DNA of 64,000 nucleotides from contig OZ245033.1 in assembly GCA_965224025.1 (NCBI GenBank), forward strand, positions 1,408,001 to 1,472,000, written 5' to 3'. Under the pieces are notes generated by a model that was given only the letters and a program-made list of their open reading frames with translations, was not told where the DNA came from and did no database searches. Below, piece after piece: positions 52,498-64,000 of this stretch (positions within the stretch are counted from its first letter, which is position 1; each line of letters opens with the position of its first letter). A program made the translations under genes and the position numbers. This DNA is from Candidatus Multivorans sp. Lineage in GTDB: Bacteria; Acidobacteriota; Thermoanaerobaculia; Multivoradales; Multivoraceae.

Positions 52498-53088
52498 ATG
52501 CCCGGGCTGGATGACCTCGAGACGCCGAGTCTGCTGATCGCCATGCCCCAGGTCCTCGATCCGTTCTTCTCTCGGGCCGTCGTGCTGCTGGCGGCGCACG
52601 AGGAGGGCGGCGAGGGAGGAAGTCTCGGCTTCGTCGTCAATCGTCCGAGCCAACTCAAGGTCGACGAGGTGTTGCGGGAGCTCGATATCGAGTGGCTGGG
52701 CGGCTCGGAAGCGCCGGCCTTCGTCGGTGGTCCGGTGCAGCCGGAAGTGGGTACTGTGCTCTTGTCCCTCGACGGCTTGACCGGGCTAGATGCGGACGGG
52801 ATCACACAAATCGCGCCGGGCGTGGGCGCGACGCAGAACATCCTGGCGCTGCGGACACTGGCTCGCCGCGCCCCGGATCACATGCGGCTCCTGCTCGGTC
52901 ACGCCGGTTGGGCGCCGGGCCAGTTGATGCAGGAACTCACTCGCAGCGACTGGTTGACGGCGCCAGTGGAGGAGTCGATCGTGTTCTCGCCCGATCCGGT
53001 TGACGCCTGGTCCTCCGCACTCGCCTCCCTGGGGATCGATCCCGGGGCGCTGCCGAGCTGGACCTCGGGCGACGGCGCCTCGAACTAG
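52498..53088 (+). CDS. YqgE/AlgH family protein
   Basis: LLIAMP..DPFF, GFVVNRP, GGPV and AGWAPGQL motifs. Confidence 0.92.
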   Translation: MPGLDDLETPSLLIAMPQVLDPFFSRAVVLLAAHEEGGEGGSLGFVVNRPSQLKVDEVLRELDIEWLGGSEAPAFVGGPVQPEVGTVLLSLDGLTGLDADGITQIAPGVGATQNILALRTLARRAPDHMRLLLGHAGWAPGQLMQELTRSDWLTAPVEESIVFSPDPVDAWSSALASLGIDPGALPSWTSGDGASN

Positions 53089-53145
53089 CGGCCCGGGTCC
53101 GTTGGTCGCCGCCCGGCCACCAGCTAACCAAGGCTGGTCGGGCAG

Positions 53146-53388
53146 TTAGGCGTCATCCTCGAAGTAGCGGGCGACCGCGCCTCGCCCCGCCAGTTCGTTC
53201 GCGGCATAGCGAGTCGCGGTCGCGGCGTCGGTCCATCTTCCGGCCTGCACGAGCTCGGCGGTGGAGGCGCCGGCGGCGACCAGGGACTGAGCGCTGTCGA
53301 CGCGCAGAGAGTGCCCGCTCACGCGGCCGGTGGCGCCGGCGGCTCTGGCCCGCCGCTGGATGATCGATCGCACGGCGGACCCACTCAA
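53146..53388 (-). pseudogene. Tyrosine recombinase C-terminal fragment
   Basis: SGHSLR, AGRW and RYA (catalytic H-x-x-R, W, Y); the N-terminal portion is absent. Confidence 0.8.
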
Positions 53389-53523
53389 GGGGGCATCGCC
53401 TCCGACCCCGCTTCGGAGGTGAGTCCTCGAAGGCCGGGCAGAGGACTGGAGGGCGAACGTCTGGCGGTTACCTCGGCACCGACTCCGGACATGTGGTTGT
53501 CGGTTTCGACTTGCGTACGTGAG

Positions 53524-54039
53524 CTAGCGACCGGTGGAGCCGAAGCCGCCGTCGTTGCGCTGCCCGGCGGCGGGACCTGCACCGAGCGTGTCGTCGTCGC
53601 GGAACGCGGTCTCAGGCACGGCGGCGACCACCATCTGGGCCAACCGTTCGCCGCGCTCGATCACGATCGGGCGCTTGCCCAGATTGATGAGCAGCAGCTT
53701 GACTTCGCCCCGGTAGTCGCTGTCGATCGTGCCGGGAGCGTTGAGCACGGTCAGGCCCCGCCGGTAGGCGAGTCCGCTGCGTGGCCGGACCTGGGCCTCG
53801 TAGCCCTGCGGCAGGCCGAGGATGAGGCCGGTTGGAATCAGGGCGCGGGCACCGGGTTCGATCCGGACCGACGCGCCTGTGGCGGCGCGCAGGTCGTACC
53901 CGGCGCTGCCGGCCGAGGCGCGCTCGGGCAGGCCGGCGGAGTGCGGTAGCCGGCGGATGCCGATGGTGACGGGTGGTTCTGGTTGGCGTTCTTGAGTCGC
54001 CCGGCCGGCTGTTTCCGGCGCCGCGGGTCGCCCGCTCAA
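53524..54039 (-). CDS. dut: dUTP diphosphatase
   Basis: [22 protein letters not shown] and GGFGSTG motifs; TTG start inferred. Confidence 0.95.
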   Translation of the reverse strand: MSGRPAAPETAGRATQERQPEPPVTIGIRRLPHSAGLPERASAGSAGYDLRAATGASVRIEPGARALIPTGLILGLPQGYEAQVRPRSGLAYRRGLTVLNAPGTIDSDYRGEVKLLLINLGKRPIVIERGERLAQMVVAAVPETAFRDDDTLGAGPAAGQRNDGGFGSTGR

Positions 54040-54860
54040 CCGTTGCGTCTCCGGTCGCGTTCTCCCGGCGCGGACCCGTCCTGGACCTTGCCGTCCTCGA
54101 GTACGCCGGGCGGGAAGGGCTTGCCGATCCACTCGCTGGTCAGCCGCGGCGGCGGGCGCCCGTCGGTGACGTTGCCGGGCCTGAGCTGGATCAGTTCGCC
54201 GGTGAAGTGCCAGTTCTCGTAGTCTTCCTGGCCGTTCCAGACGCGCATCGAGGGGCCGGGCGTGGCGCTGTAGACGCCCAGAATCGGTCCGGCTGTCGGT
54301 CCTTCGCCCTCCTCTTCGTTCGGAGGCGGTACGGCGGTCAGTGCGCCTCCGGCGGCGCCGCCGGCCGCACCGGTATTGGTCGCTCCAGCCCTCCCGGTTC
54401 GGCGGTTTCTCTGCTGGCCGGCGTTGTTTGGAGCTCCCTGCATCAGCAGACCCCAGCGGCCCTCCTCGTCCATCGGGTTGGGCCACAACTGCCGGATGAC
54501 CCGCGGTTCGACCTCGATGAGTTCCTCGAGCGCCGTCGGCAGGCGCCCGTGTCGGACCCGGAACAGGCGGATCGCCTCGGCGTACTGGAGCCCACGGAAG
54601 ATCAGCTCCGCTTCCTTCTGCCTCTTCGCCCAACTGCTCCAGTACGGCAGCGCCGCCGCCACGGCGACGTTCATCACCGTGATCAGGACGGCGAGCACAA
54701 CGAGGTTGTAGCCGGCCTCGGAGGATCGGTCCGCGGGGCCAGGAGCTTGGGCCGCAGAGCACCCCGCCCCTGGGAACGCGGGCGTCTCGCCCGCATCCGG
54801 CCTCAAGCGCCGGTCTGTAGACGAGTGTTGGAGACGGGACACCAGGTCACCAGTCGGCAT
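54036..54860 (-). CDS. Minor pseudopilin-like protein (lacks Glu5)
   Basis: G|YNLVVL hydrophobic helix; [12 protein letters not shown]. Confidence 0.75.
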   Translation of the reverse strand: MPTGDLVSRLQHSSTDRRLRPDAGETPAFPGAGCSAAQAPGPADRSSEAGYNLVVLAVLITVMNVAVAAALPYWSSWAKRQKEAELIFRGLQYAEAIRLFRVRHGRLPTALEELIEVEPRVIRQLWPNPMDEEGRWGLLMQGAPNNAGQQRNRRTGRAGATNTGAAGGAAGGALTAVPPPNEEEGEGPTAGPILGVYSATPGPSMRVWNGQEDYENWHFTGELIQLRPGNVTDGRPPPRLTSEWIGKPFPPGVLEDGKVQDGSAPGERDRRRNG

Positions 54861-55281
54861 AGGCCCCGCCCTCCAGCGCGTTCTCCTCCGAACCGGAGTG
54901 GACGTCCTCGATGCCGGGATCGCCGAAGGGTGAGAGGTCGGTCTCAGCCCAGGGGTCCTCGTCGGAGAGGGCGGGGAACTCGGCGAAGACTTCCACCCAG
55001 GTGTCGTTGCTGCGGGTGATCGGGTCCAGCGGGATCGCGCGCAGATACTCCTCTTCGACGAGGGCCTGGAGGCTCGATGGGTAGTGCCCCCTGTCCGCGT
55101 AGTGCTGATCGATGGCGTCGCGCATGACCCGGAGGTTCTGCTTCAGCGTCGCCTCCTGCGCCCGTCTCGGCGCGTTCTTCAGCAGGGGCACCGCGACGGC
55201 GGCAAGGATGCCGATGATCGCCATGACGATGATCAGCTCCAGCAGGGACATGCCGCGCTGGCCCATGATTCTTCGGTTCAT
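54847..55281 (-). CDS. GspG-like pseudopilin
   Basis: G|MSLLELIIV; YPSSLQALV...IPLDP. Confidence 0.9.
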   Translation of the reverse strand: MNRRIMGQRGMSLLELIIVMAIIGILAAVAVPLLKNAPRRAQEATLKQNLRVMRDAIDQHYADRGHYPSSLQALVEEEYLRAIPLDPITRSNDTWVEVFAEFPALSDEDPWAETDLSPFGDPGIEDVHSGSEENALEGGAYADW

Positions 55282-55282
55282 G

Positions 55283-55762
55283 TCACCACTCCTGGTACGG
55301 AACGCGGTTCAGACCGACGCCCTCGGAGAGGGAGTAGACGTCGTATAGGTTCTCTCTGCCCCAGTTCGTTTCGTCCGGGTCGTCCTGGTAGCTTCGCAGC
55401 CCCCACTCCGCCTCGCCGGTCATCGGGTCGACCGGAATACGGCGCAGGAAGCGGATCTCTCCGTCGGCCTGGCCGATCAACTGGATCGGCTCGATCAGAA
55501 CCTCGAGTTCACTCGGATAGCCGTCGGTTCCGATCTCGATCGGAATCAGGCCGACATCGCTGTAGCGCTTGTGTTCGTCGATGGCGTTGCGCAGCGTGCG
55601 CAGGTGCGACCGGAGTTCGGCCTCCTTGATCCGTTTGTTCGTGTACGTGGCGGTGGGCAGGGCGACGGCCGCCAGTGTCAGCATCACGGCGCACACCGTG
55701 ATCAGTTCCACGAGGGTGTACCCGGCTCGGCGCCGCACGCCGCCTGGGGTCGTCAGGTTCAA
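55283..55762 (-). CDS. GspG-like pseudopilin
   Basis: G|YTLVEL; LRRIPVDPMTG. Confidence 0.9.
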   Translation of the reverse strand: MNLTTPGGVRRRAGYTLVELITVCAVMLTLAAVALPTATYTNKRIKEAELRSHLRTLRNAIDEHKRYSDVGLIPIEIGTDGYPSELEVLIEPIQLIGQADGEIRFLRRIPVDPMTGEAEWGLRSYQDDPDETNWGRENLYDVYSLSEGVGLNRVPYQEW

Positions 55763-58158
55763 GCGACCGTCTCCCGTCCGGGTCGGTCCGGCGGCTCGAC
55801 GTCGCGGATCTCGATCTCCAGCGGACGCACGGTCGGCGCCGGCAGCGCTTCGAGGTCGGGACCCCTTGGCTTGGCCTGCTCGACAGCGATCGTTGCCCTG
55901 CCGGGACCTACCGCCCGCACCTCGAGAGCCAGCACGTGGCCTCGTCCGGCCACTCCCGCCCGATCGCCCAGCCGGCTGAGGCCGACGATCACCGTGCCCG
56001 GTGTCGAGTTGTCGGTCATCAGGGAGATCTCGCTCTGGTCGCCCAGGAAGGACTCGGCCCTGACCGCGGTCACCTCGATCCGCTCCGGGTCGTACCGGAG
56101 CTGCAGCGGCAGGTGGGAGAGCGGAGCGCGGGCCCTGATGTCCAGGCGCGCTTCGAAGCTGTCGCCGACCGTCGCGCGCAGCGCCTGGGGTGCGAAGGAT
56201 AGCTCGATCTCGGGGTCGGTCCGCGCCGGCGACGGCTGGAAGAGGGCTGGAACGATCGCGGGCGGTCTTTCAAGCAGACCGGCGTTCTGGAGCGGGCTGC
56301 CCGGCGGCGGGACGAGTTCGACGCCCAGAGGGGGTTGGTCGTCTCCTTCCTCGCCTGTGTCGCCTTCGGGCGCCGCGTCGCGCAGCCCCGGCGGCAGCCG
56401 CTCCTCCAATTGCTGCCGCGTCTCGTCGCTCTCATCCGGCGGCTCGTCGAACGGACCGTCGATCCCGGAGTCGATCCGCGGACTCGAGCCGCGGAAAACG
56501 ACGTTCTGCTCCGTGCCGACCCAGATCGGCGCCAGGTCCTGTTCGGTGATGTCCGCCCGACGGATGATGTGCGGCGTCAGAGTCAGCACGATGTCGGTGC
56601 GCCTGTTGTCGCTCCCCTTCTTGGAGAACAGGCGGCCCAGCACCGGGATCTCCGACAGTCCGGGGATCCCGTTCTGGGTGTTCGACTCGTTGGTGCGGAT
56701 CAGCCCCGCGAGGAAGTTGGTCTCGCCGTCGCGCAGCCGGATGCTGGTCTGGATGTTGCGGCTTCCGATGATCGGCTGGTCGCCGATCTGGCCGCTCAGG
56801 TCGCTGACCTCGATCTCCAGGTCCAGGGAGACCTCCTCGTTGTGGTGGACGCGGGGTGTGATGTCCACCTGGATGCCCACGTTCTGGTACTGGTAGGACG
56901 TGATGGGCACCACGTTGCTGCCCGCGGTGTTCGCGGTATTGAAGCTGGTCACCGGGATCGGCACCCGGTCGCCGATCGAGAAGGAACTCTCTTCTCCTTC
57001 CGTGATGCGCACCTGCGGCTTGGCCAGCGTCTGCGCGTCGGTCGATCTCTTCACGAAGTCGAACAGGAAACCGGGCACGCTGAGCACCCAGTTGTTCTGA
57101 TTCAGCGATTCGACGTCCGACATTCTGAGCGGCACATCCTCGCCGCCGATGTCGAGGCTGATGCCGAGGGTGGTCGCGTCCAGCGAAAGGCCCAGATTCT
57201 GGAGTTTCGTGGTGTTGATCTCCAGCAGCTCGACGTCGATGACGACTTCGGCCTTCGCCTTGTCGCTCTGCTCGATGATCCGTTCCGCGACCTTGACCTT
57301 CTCGACGCTGTCGAGCATGACGATCGCGTTCAGCCGTTCGTTCGCGGCGATGAACCGGGTCGCAAGCAGGCTGCGCAGAATGGTCATCACGTCCTTCACG
57401 TCCGAGTTCGAGAGGAAGAAGGTCTGAATGATCCGGTCCTCGTACGCTTGGCGATTCGCGGGCGTGTTCTGCAGGATCATGATCGTCTGTTCGTCGAGCA
57501 CCTTGTAGAAGTGCCCCAGGCTCTGCATCAGAATCTCGAGGCCCTCGAGCGCGGTCACCTCCCGCAGCTCGATGGGGCTGGCGAGCGGTGCGTCCCGCAG
57601 GCGGGGATCGAACACGACGTTGAACCCGAAGGCCTGCCCGATCGCGCGGTAGATCTCCATGAAGGTCGCGTTGGGGAAATCGAAGGTGATCGGTTCGTCG
57701 GAACGCGGACTCAGGACCGGCGGCATCGGCTCGGCGCCGCGGGTCTCCTCCTTGAGCTGGGAGATGGTCTTCGACCCGCGACCGCTGCTCTCGATCCGGG
57801 TCCGGATCTTCTCCAGTTCGGTGAGGGCGTACTGGTTCGTCGGGTCGAGCTGCACGGCGCGCTGCATCTCGAGCAGCGCGTCCCGGTCGCGGCCGGCCTC
57901 CTGCAGCTTCCGCCCCTGCTCGAAGTGGGCATGGGCGGCCTGGGTCTTGGCGCGCAGCAGACCGGCCCGGTAGCGGAGGTCCGAGGGATCGGCCGTGACC
58001 AGTTCCATGTAGCGGAGGACGGCGGCGTCCCAGTCGCCCGCGACTTCCGCGTGTTGCGCTTCGCGGAAGCTCCGGTAGCCGCTACAGGAGGCGAAGACCA
58101 CCAGAAGCAGGAGAGCCAGCGCCAGAGTGCGCGGCCGCTGTTCGTTTCGTTCGTCCAT
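55759..58158 (-). CDS. Secretin (GspD/PilQ family) lipoprotein with N-terminal TPR and C-terminal cohesin-like domain
   Basis: Lipobox FASC; secretin motifs GDRVPI, DGET, IPGLSEIPVLGRLF and TPHII. Confidence 0.92.
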   Translation of the reverse strand: MDERNEQRPRTLALALLLLVVFASCSGYRSFREAQHAEVAGDWDAAVLRYMELVTADPSDLRYRAGLLRAKTQAAHAHFEQGRKLQEAGRDRDALLEMQRAVQLDPTNQYALTELEKIRTRIESSGRGSKTISQLKEETRGAEPMPPVLSPRSDEPITFDFPNATFMEIYRAIGQAFGFNVVFDPRLRDAPLASPIELREVTALEGLEILMQSLGHFYKVLDEQTIMILQNTPANRQAYEDRIIQTFFLSNSDVKDVMTILRSLLATRFIAANERLNAIVMLDSVEKVKVAERIIEQSDKAKAEVVIDVELLEINTTKLQNLGLSLDATTLGISLDIGGEDVPLRMSDVESLNQNNWVLSVPGFLFDFVKRSTDAQTLAKPQVRITEGEESSFSIGDRVPIPVTSFNTANTAGSNVVPITSYQYQNVGIQVDITPRVHHNEEVSLDLEIEVSDLSGQIGDQPIIGSRNIQTSIRLRDGETNFLAGLIRTNESNTQNGIPGLSEIPVLGRLFSKKGSDNRRTDIVLTLTPHIIRRADITEQDLAPIWVGTEQNVVFRGSSPRIDSGIDGPFDEPPDESDETRQQLEERLPPGLRDAAPEGDTGEEGDDQPPLGVELVPPPGSPLQNAGLLERPPAIVPALFQPSPARTDPEIELSFAPQALRATVGDSFEARLDIRARAPLSHLPLQLRYDPERIEVTAVRAESFLGDQSEISLMTDNSTPGTVIVGLSRLGDRAGVAGRGHVLALEVRAVGPGRATIAVEQAKPRGPDLEALPAPTVRPLEIEIRDVEPPDRPGRETVA

Positions 58159-58172
58159 GTACTTGAAGTCCT

Positions 58173-58763
58173 CTAGCTGCCGTTCGGTCGACCGCCGATG
58201 GCCAGTCGCACCGCCGGTTCGTCGGGGAAGCCCACGAACACCAGGTCGACCGACTCGTAGCCGATCCGCCGTACTTCGAACTGCTCCTTGACCAGGTCGC
58301 CCTCGAGCGCGTTGTAGATCTCCGTCCCGTCCGAGAACACGGCGACCGGATCGGCGTCCCGTCCCAGGGTGCCGAGATAGACGATGTCGACCGCGGGAGG
58401 CCGCGGGCCGATCGGCTTCGGCGCCGGGGGCTTCGGTCTGTTCGGGACGACGGGCTGAACGGGTTGCGGCTCGGGCGCCGGAATCGTCGTTTCGGGAGTC
58501 GCCCGCTCGGGCGCCGGCCGGCTTCCGAACGACCAGGGGTCGCGTGTCTGCGTGCCCTCCGGCGGCGGCTGGTCCAGTGTGTGCGCGGCCAACTCCGCGA
58601 CCTCGATCGTCGCCGAGCGCAAGTCGGCGGAGGTGGTGCGGGTGAAGCCGGGGCCACCGCCGAACGAGGGGAGATAGCGCCAGCCGGCGATCACTGCGAC
58701 AACCGCGAGCAGGCCCAGCAGCAGGGGCCGCGGCCGGTTCGATCCGGCTTCAGCGGCGCTCAT
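58173..58763 (-). CDS. Single-TM Pro-rich assembly protein (PilP/GspC-like)
   Basis: One TM, RDPW, Pro-rich linker, small beta domain; position before the secretin. Confidence 0.65.
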   Translation of the reverse strand: MSAAEAGSNRPRPLLLGLLAVVAVIAGWRYLPSFGGGPGFTRTTSADLRSATIEVAELAAHTLDQPPPEGTQTRDPWSFGSRPAPERATPETTIPAPEPQPVQPVVPNRPKPPAPKPIGPRPPAVDIVYLGTLGRDADPVAVFSDGTEIYNALEGDLVKEQFEVRRIGYESVDLVFVGFPDEPAVRLAIGGRPNGS

Positions 58764-59341
58764 GCTCCCGCCTCCCGACTTGTCGCCCTGGACTCGCCGT
58801 CGGAGAACAGGGTCGACAGACGCAGGTCGATGCGCAGGTTCGGAGTCGCTTCGCTCAGGCTGATCGATTCGAGGGCGACGAACGTGTCCGTCAGCTCGAG
58901 TTGGTCGATCAGCCGCCGCAACTGGGTGTAGTTCCCTTCGACCGTGAACACGAGCGACTTCTCGACCAGCCCGTACTGCTCCAACTGCTCCTCGGGATAC
59001 GAGATCGAGCCCGGGTGGAGAAGCCCGGAGCGGTCGGCGAGATCCTTGACCTCCCGGATGAGGTTGGTCAGCCGTTCCCGCTCGGTGGCGAACCCCTCGC
59101 GGTAGAGGCTCGCCACGCGGCTGCGCGTCGCCTCGACCGTCGCCACCTGGCCTTCGCGGCGGGCCACCTCCTGGGTTGTGCGGGTGCGCAGGTTGCCCAC
59201 TTCGGCGATCTCCTCTTCCAGCGCCTGGAAGCGGCCCGCGTAGACGCCGCGGTACGTCGACAGCAGGCCCGCGTTGATCACGCACAGGCCCACGCCGATC
59301 CAGAACCAGATGCGCAGGCGCCATACCCGGCGGCGGCTCAC
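58760..59341 (-). CDS. PilO/GspM-like protein
   Basis: TM plus coiled coil, then VEGNYTQLRRLIDQLE; GTGA overlap. Confidence 0.75.
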   Translation of the reverse strand: MSRRRVWRLRIWFWIGVGLCVINAGLLSTYRGVYAGRFQALEEEIAEVGNLRTRTTQEVARREGQVATVEATRSRVASLYREGFATERERLTNLIREVKDLADRSGLLHPGSISYPEEQLEQYGLVEKSLVFTVEGNYTQLRRLIDQLELTDTFVALESISLSEATPNLRIDLRLSTLFSDGESRATSREAGA

Positions 59342-60012
59342 GGCTGACCCTCCATCGGCGCTGCCTCCTCTCCGATGGCTGCGGTGTCCGCGGCGGCTTC
59401 GGGCTCGCCTGCGGCGCTCTCCGGCGTGTAGGCGACGGCGATCGTGAAGTCCAGCGGGCCGGAGTCCTGCTGGCTTTCGTGCCGCAGCTTCGGGCCGTGG
59501 AACGAGGGGTGTTCGAACAGGGAGTCGATCAGCTCGAGCAGGCCATCTCCGTCCTGGGCTTCGCCGCTGATGTCGAGCATGACGCGCGCGGCAACGTCCG
59601 TGCCCGGCTCGGGCTGGCGTCTGCGGCGCCGCTCGCTCGGCTGGGGCGCCAGGCTGCGCAGCCGCGTGCTCCATGGCAGCACCTGTTCGATGTCGGTGAA
59701 CAGCCGGCCCCAAGGGAAGCGCCGATCCGCGATGCGCTCGTTCAGGAACGCGACCTCGCGGTTCTGGGACTGCACATCGAGGCGCGCGAGGTCCGAAGCC
59801 AACCGGTCCAGTTCGGCGCCGTCGGCGGCGAGTTGCCGGCGCAGCTCGGCGAGCTCGGTGCGAGCGTCGGCGGAGCCGGTGAGATAGCCCCAGTACAGCA
59901 CCGCGTTGAGTGCCAGGAGGGCCATCCCGAGCGCCCACAAGAGCGCGGTCAAGCGCCGCCAGGGACGGCGGTTGACGAACGGGCGGGCGGCCAGGTTGAA
60001 CGCGTTCTTCAT
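59338..60012 (-). CDS. PilN-like protein
   Basis: NLAARPF, TM, coiled coil, W..LF..IE..LP and ISGEA motifs. Confidence 0.8.
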   Translation of the reverse strand: MKNAFNLAARPFVNRRPWRRLTALLWALGMALLALNAVLYWGYLTGSADARTELAELRRQLAADGAELDRLASDLARLDVQSQNREVAFLNERIADRRFPWGRLFTDIEQVLPWSTRLRSLAPQPSERRRRRQPEPGTDVAARVMLDISGEAQDGDGLLELIDSLFEHPSFHGPKLRHESQQDSGPLDFTIAVAYTPESAAGEPEAAADTAAIGEEAAPMEGQP

Positions 60013-60984
60013 GTCCTCACCGTCAGCGACGCGCCGAGCATCGGCAGCGCCTGCTGCACGCCGATGTCCTGGGTCGCAGGTCCGGCGCCGAGGGTCCCGT
60101 TGCCGTCGAGAATCCGGGCAGGCAGCTCCAAACCCTCTTCGAGCCGGTCGCGCCAAACGCCCCGAACCTCTTCGGCGGCCAGCATCAGGGCGTACCTGGG
60201 CAGGGTCCGCCCGTCGCCGAACAGCTCGCGTTCCTCGATGAAGCTCCTGGTCAGCCGCAGGTCGCGTACTGCCAGGTCGGAGGCGACGGAAGACGCCAGT
60301 CCCGGGTCGATGCTCTTGTATCGGAAGAGAGTTGGACCCTCGTCTGCGTGGGCGAGCAGGGAGTAGCCGTCGCGATGGGCGACGAGGAGCAGGAAGGGGC
60401 CCGAGTCGCCATGAAGCCGAGCGATGCTGTCAGCAGCGCTCAGGCTCTCGTTCGTCACCGCGCCGATGTGGATGCCGGCGCCCCTGAACGAGTCTTCGAT
60501 CTGGGCCAGGACGTGTTCGACGCCGAAGCCGATCAGGAAGCGGGTCGCGCCCTTGCCGGCGGCGCCGGCCTGCCTGCCGCGCACGCGGAGTTCCTCGACC
60601 CGGAAAGGTACCTGCTTTCGGAGCTTGAAGCGCAGGGTCTCCTGCAGCAGGTGCGGCTTCCCCGGAACCTCTTCGAGTTCGGCGAAGGTCAGCCGGAGCC
60701 AGCGGTCGGGGAGGACCAGGGCGGCGCGGGCGACCGGCTCTCCAATGGCGGTATCGGCGGCCTGCTGAAGCTCGGCGACCACTTCGTGGAACTGGGCGGG
60801 CGCCCGTAGCGGTCCGCCCAGCGCGCCGTCCTGGAAGGTGTCGGCCGGCAGCTCCCGTCGTCGAACGGCCTGCAGCTCCGGGACCGATCCGTCCTGGCGC
60901 AGGAAGTGCGCCAGGACGAGTTCGCGCTCGTCGAGCAGGAACACCGACGCCGGTCCCCGAGGGTCGTCGAGGCCGACCAGGCGT

Positions 60985-62669
<1,685 letters not shown>

Positions 62670-62670
<1 letters not shown>

Positions 62671-63911
62671 CAGCCCTGCACCTGTCCGAGCACGCTGAAC
62701 AGCGGCAGATACATGGAAAGGACGAGCAGCGCGATGGTGAAGCCCATGACCACCAGCATCACCGGCTCGATCAGGGAGAGCAGCCGCTCGGTGCGGGTCT
62801 CGATGTCCTCGTCGAGAAAGTCGGAGACGCTGTTCACCATTTCGTCCAGCGCCCCGGTCGCCTCGCCGACCTTGACCATGTCGATGGCGAGATCGGTGAA
62901 CACTTCCGACTCCTCGAGCGCGGTATGGAAGGCCGCACCCTCTTTGATCCGCGGCCCGAGCGTCACTGCACGTCGGTGGAGAAACCTGTTCGTGACCGCG
63001 GAAGCCGAGGTGTCGAGCGCCGAGGCCAGCGGCAGGCCGCCGTGCAGCAAGGTGGCCAGGGAGCGGCAGAACTCGGACAGCGCGAAGCGGTGGAGGATCG
63101 GTCCAATGATCGGCAGCCGCAGCTTCAGGCGGTCGACCATGGCGCCGAGACGACCGCTGCGTCCCACCCTCCAGGCGGCCCAGCCGCCTGCGGCCGCCGC
63201 GGCAAGGAAGACCAGCGTGGTCGGGTTGCGCAGCAGTTGGGACAGGCTCAGCAACGTCTGCGTGATCCAGGGCAGGTCGAGGTCGAGGGCCTGGTAGAAC
63301 TCCTCGAAGCGCGGCATGACGAAGAACATCATCACCGTCACGATGCCGGCCGACAGGCAGACCAGCAACGCCGGGTAGAAGAGCGCGCTGACCACGCGCT
63401 TGCGGGAACCGGTGACCAGCTTGAGCTGCCGGACGTAGCGGCGGATCACCCGCTCCAGCCCGCCGCTCTGCTCGCCGGCCTTGAGCATCGACGCGTAGAT
63501 CGGCGGGAAGGCCTTGCCAGCGGCGGCGAACGCCTCGGAGAGTTCCTCGCCGCTCTCGACCCGGTCCTTGATCTCGCCCAGCGCTTCCTTGAACGCGGCG
63601 TTGCGCTGCCGTTCGTGCATCAGCTCCAGGCACTGGAGCAGGGGCAGTCCGGCGCCGAGCAGGCCGGCCAACTGTTGATTGAAGACCAGAAAGTCCGGGC
63701 CGGGGATCGTCTTGCGTGAGCTGCCCGGTCGGGTCGTCGAGGCCGGTCCCAGCAGCGATCCCAGCGTGTGCTGCAGGCCGCGGCGCCGGATCTCGAAGAC
63801 GTGGAGTCCGCGGCGCTCGATCTCGCGCCGCGCGCTGCGGAGATCCGCCGCTTCGTGAGTCTGCTCGAGGATGCGACCGTCGGCAGTGCCCAGCCGGCAG
63901 ACGAACTGCAT
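62670..63911 (-). CDS. GspF/PilC platform protein
   Basis: GLPLLQCL, AGEQSG, VGEATG and LIEP motifs. Confidence 0.95.
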
Positions 63912-64000
63912 GATCAGAGCGGCCCTACTCGCCGGCGCCCAGGCTGTCTTCCTGGGATGGCCGGACGGTTACAGCGACCACGAGGCCGCTGGAGCTGGAG

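Noticed and set aside
63925-64000. 3' end of a minus-strand gene upstream of the gspF/pilC gene
   Set aside because: Only about 24 codons visible, too short to assign

Overview
High-GC, gene-dense bacterial chromosome segment. The gene content (GWxTD protein, CRTAC1/ASPIC-UnbV pair, split atp operon, cohesin-tailed secretin cluster) suggests Acidobacteriota; this is inference only. Housekeeping genes include the F0 ATP synthase genes, two ECF sigma factors, a Liv-type ABC transporter with an acyl-CoA synthetase, rfbBAC, pcnB, gltA, acnA, a queE-like gene, dut and a T2SS/type IV pilus-like cluster. The best candidate for an undescribed system is a minus-strand locus at about 6.4-9.4 kb: an unannotated short peptide frame, a TPR protein and a translationally coupled secreted protein. 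The secreted protein carries AARVHIVLVG twice with synonymously diverged codons, and the short frame carries ARAHIVLVG. Also present: a dispersed multi-hairpin repeat family with covarying stems (5 loci), a 27-bp perfect inverted-repeat element, several short tandem duplications, a scrambled adhesin-like gene remnant, an integrase remnant, two TA-plus-nuclease islets and many probable leaderless or short-leader genes. No rRNA, tRNA or CRISPR array was seen. All family assignments are by eye; no searches were run.
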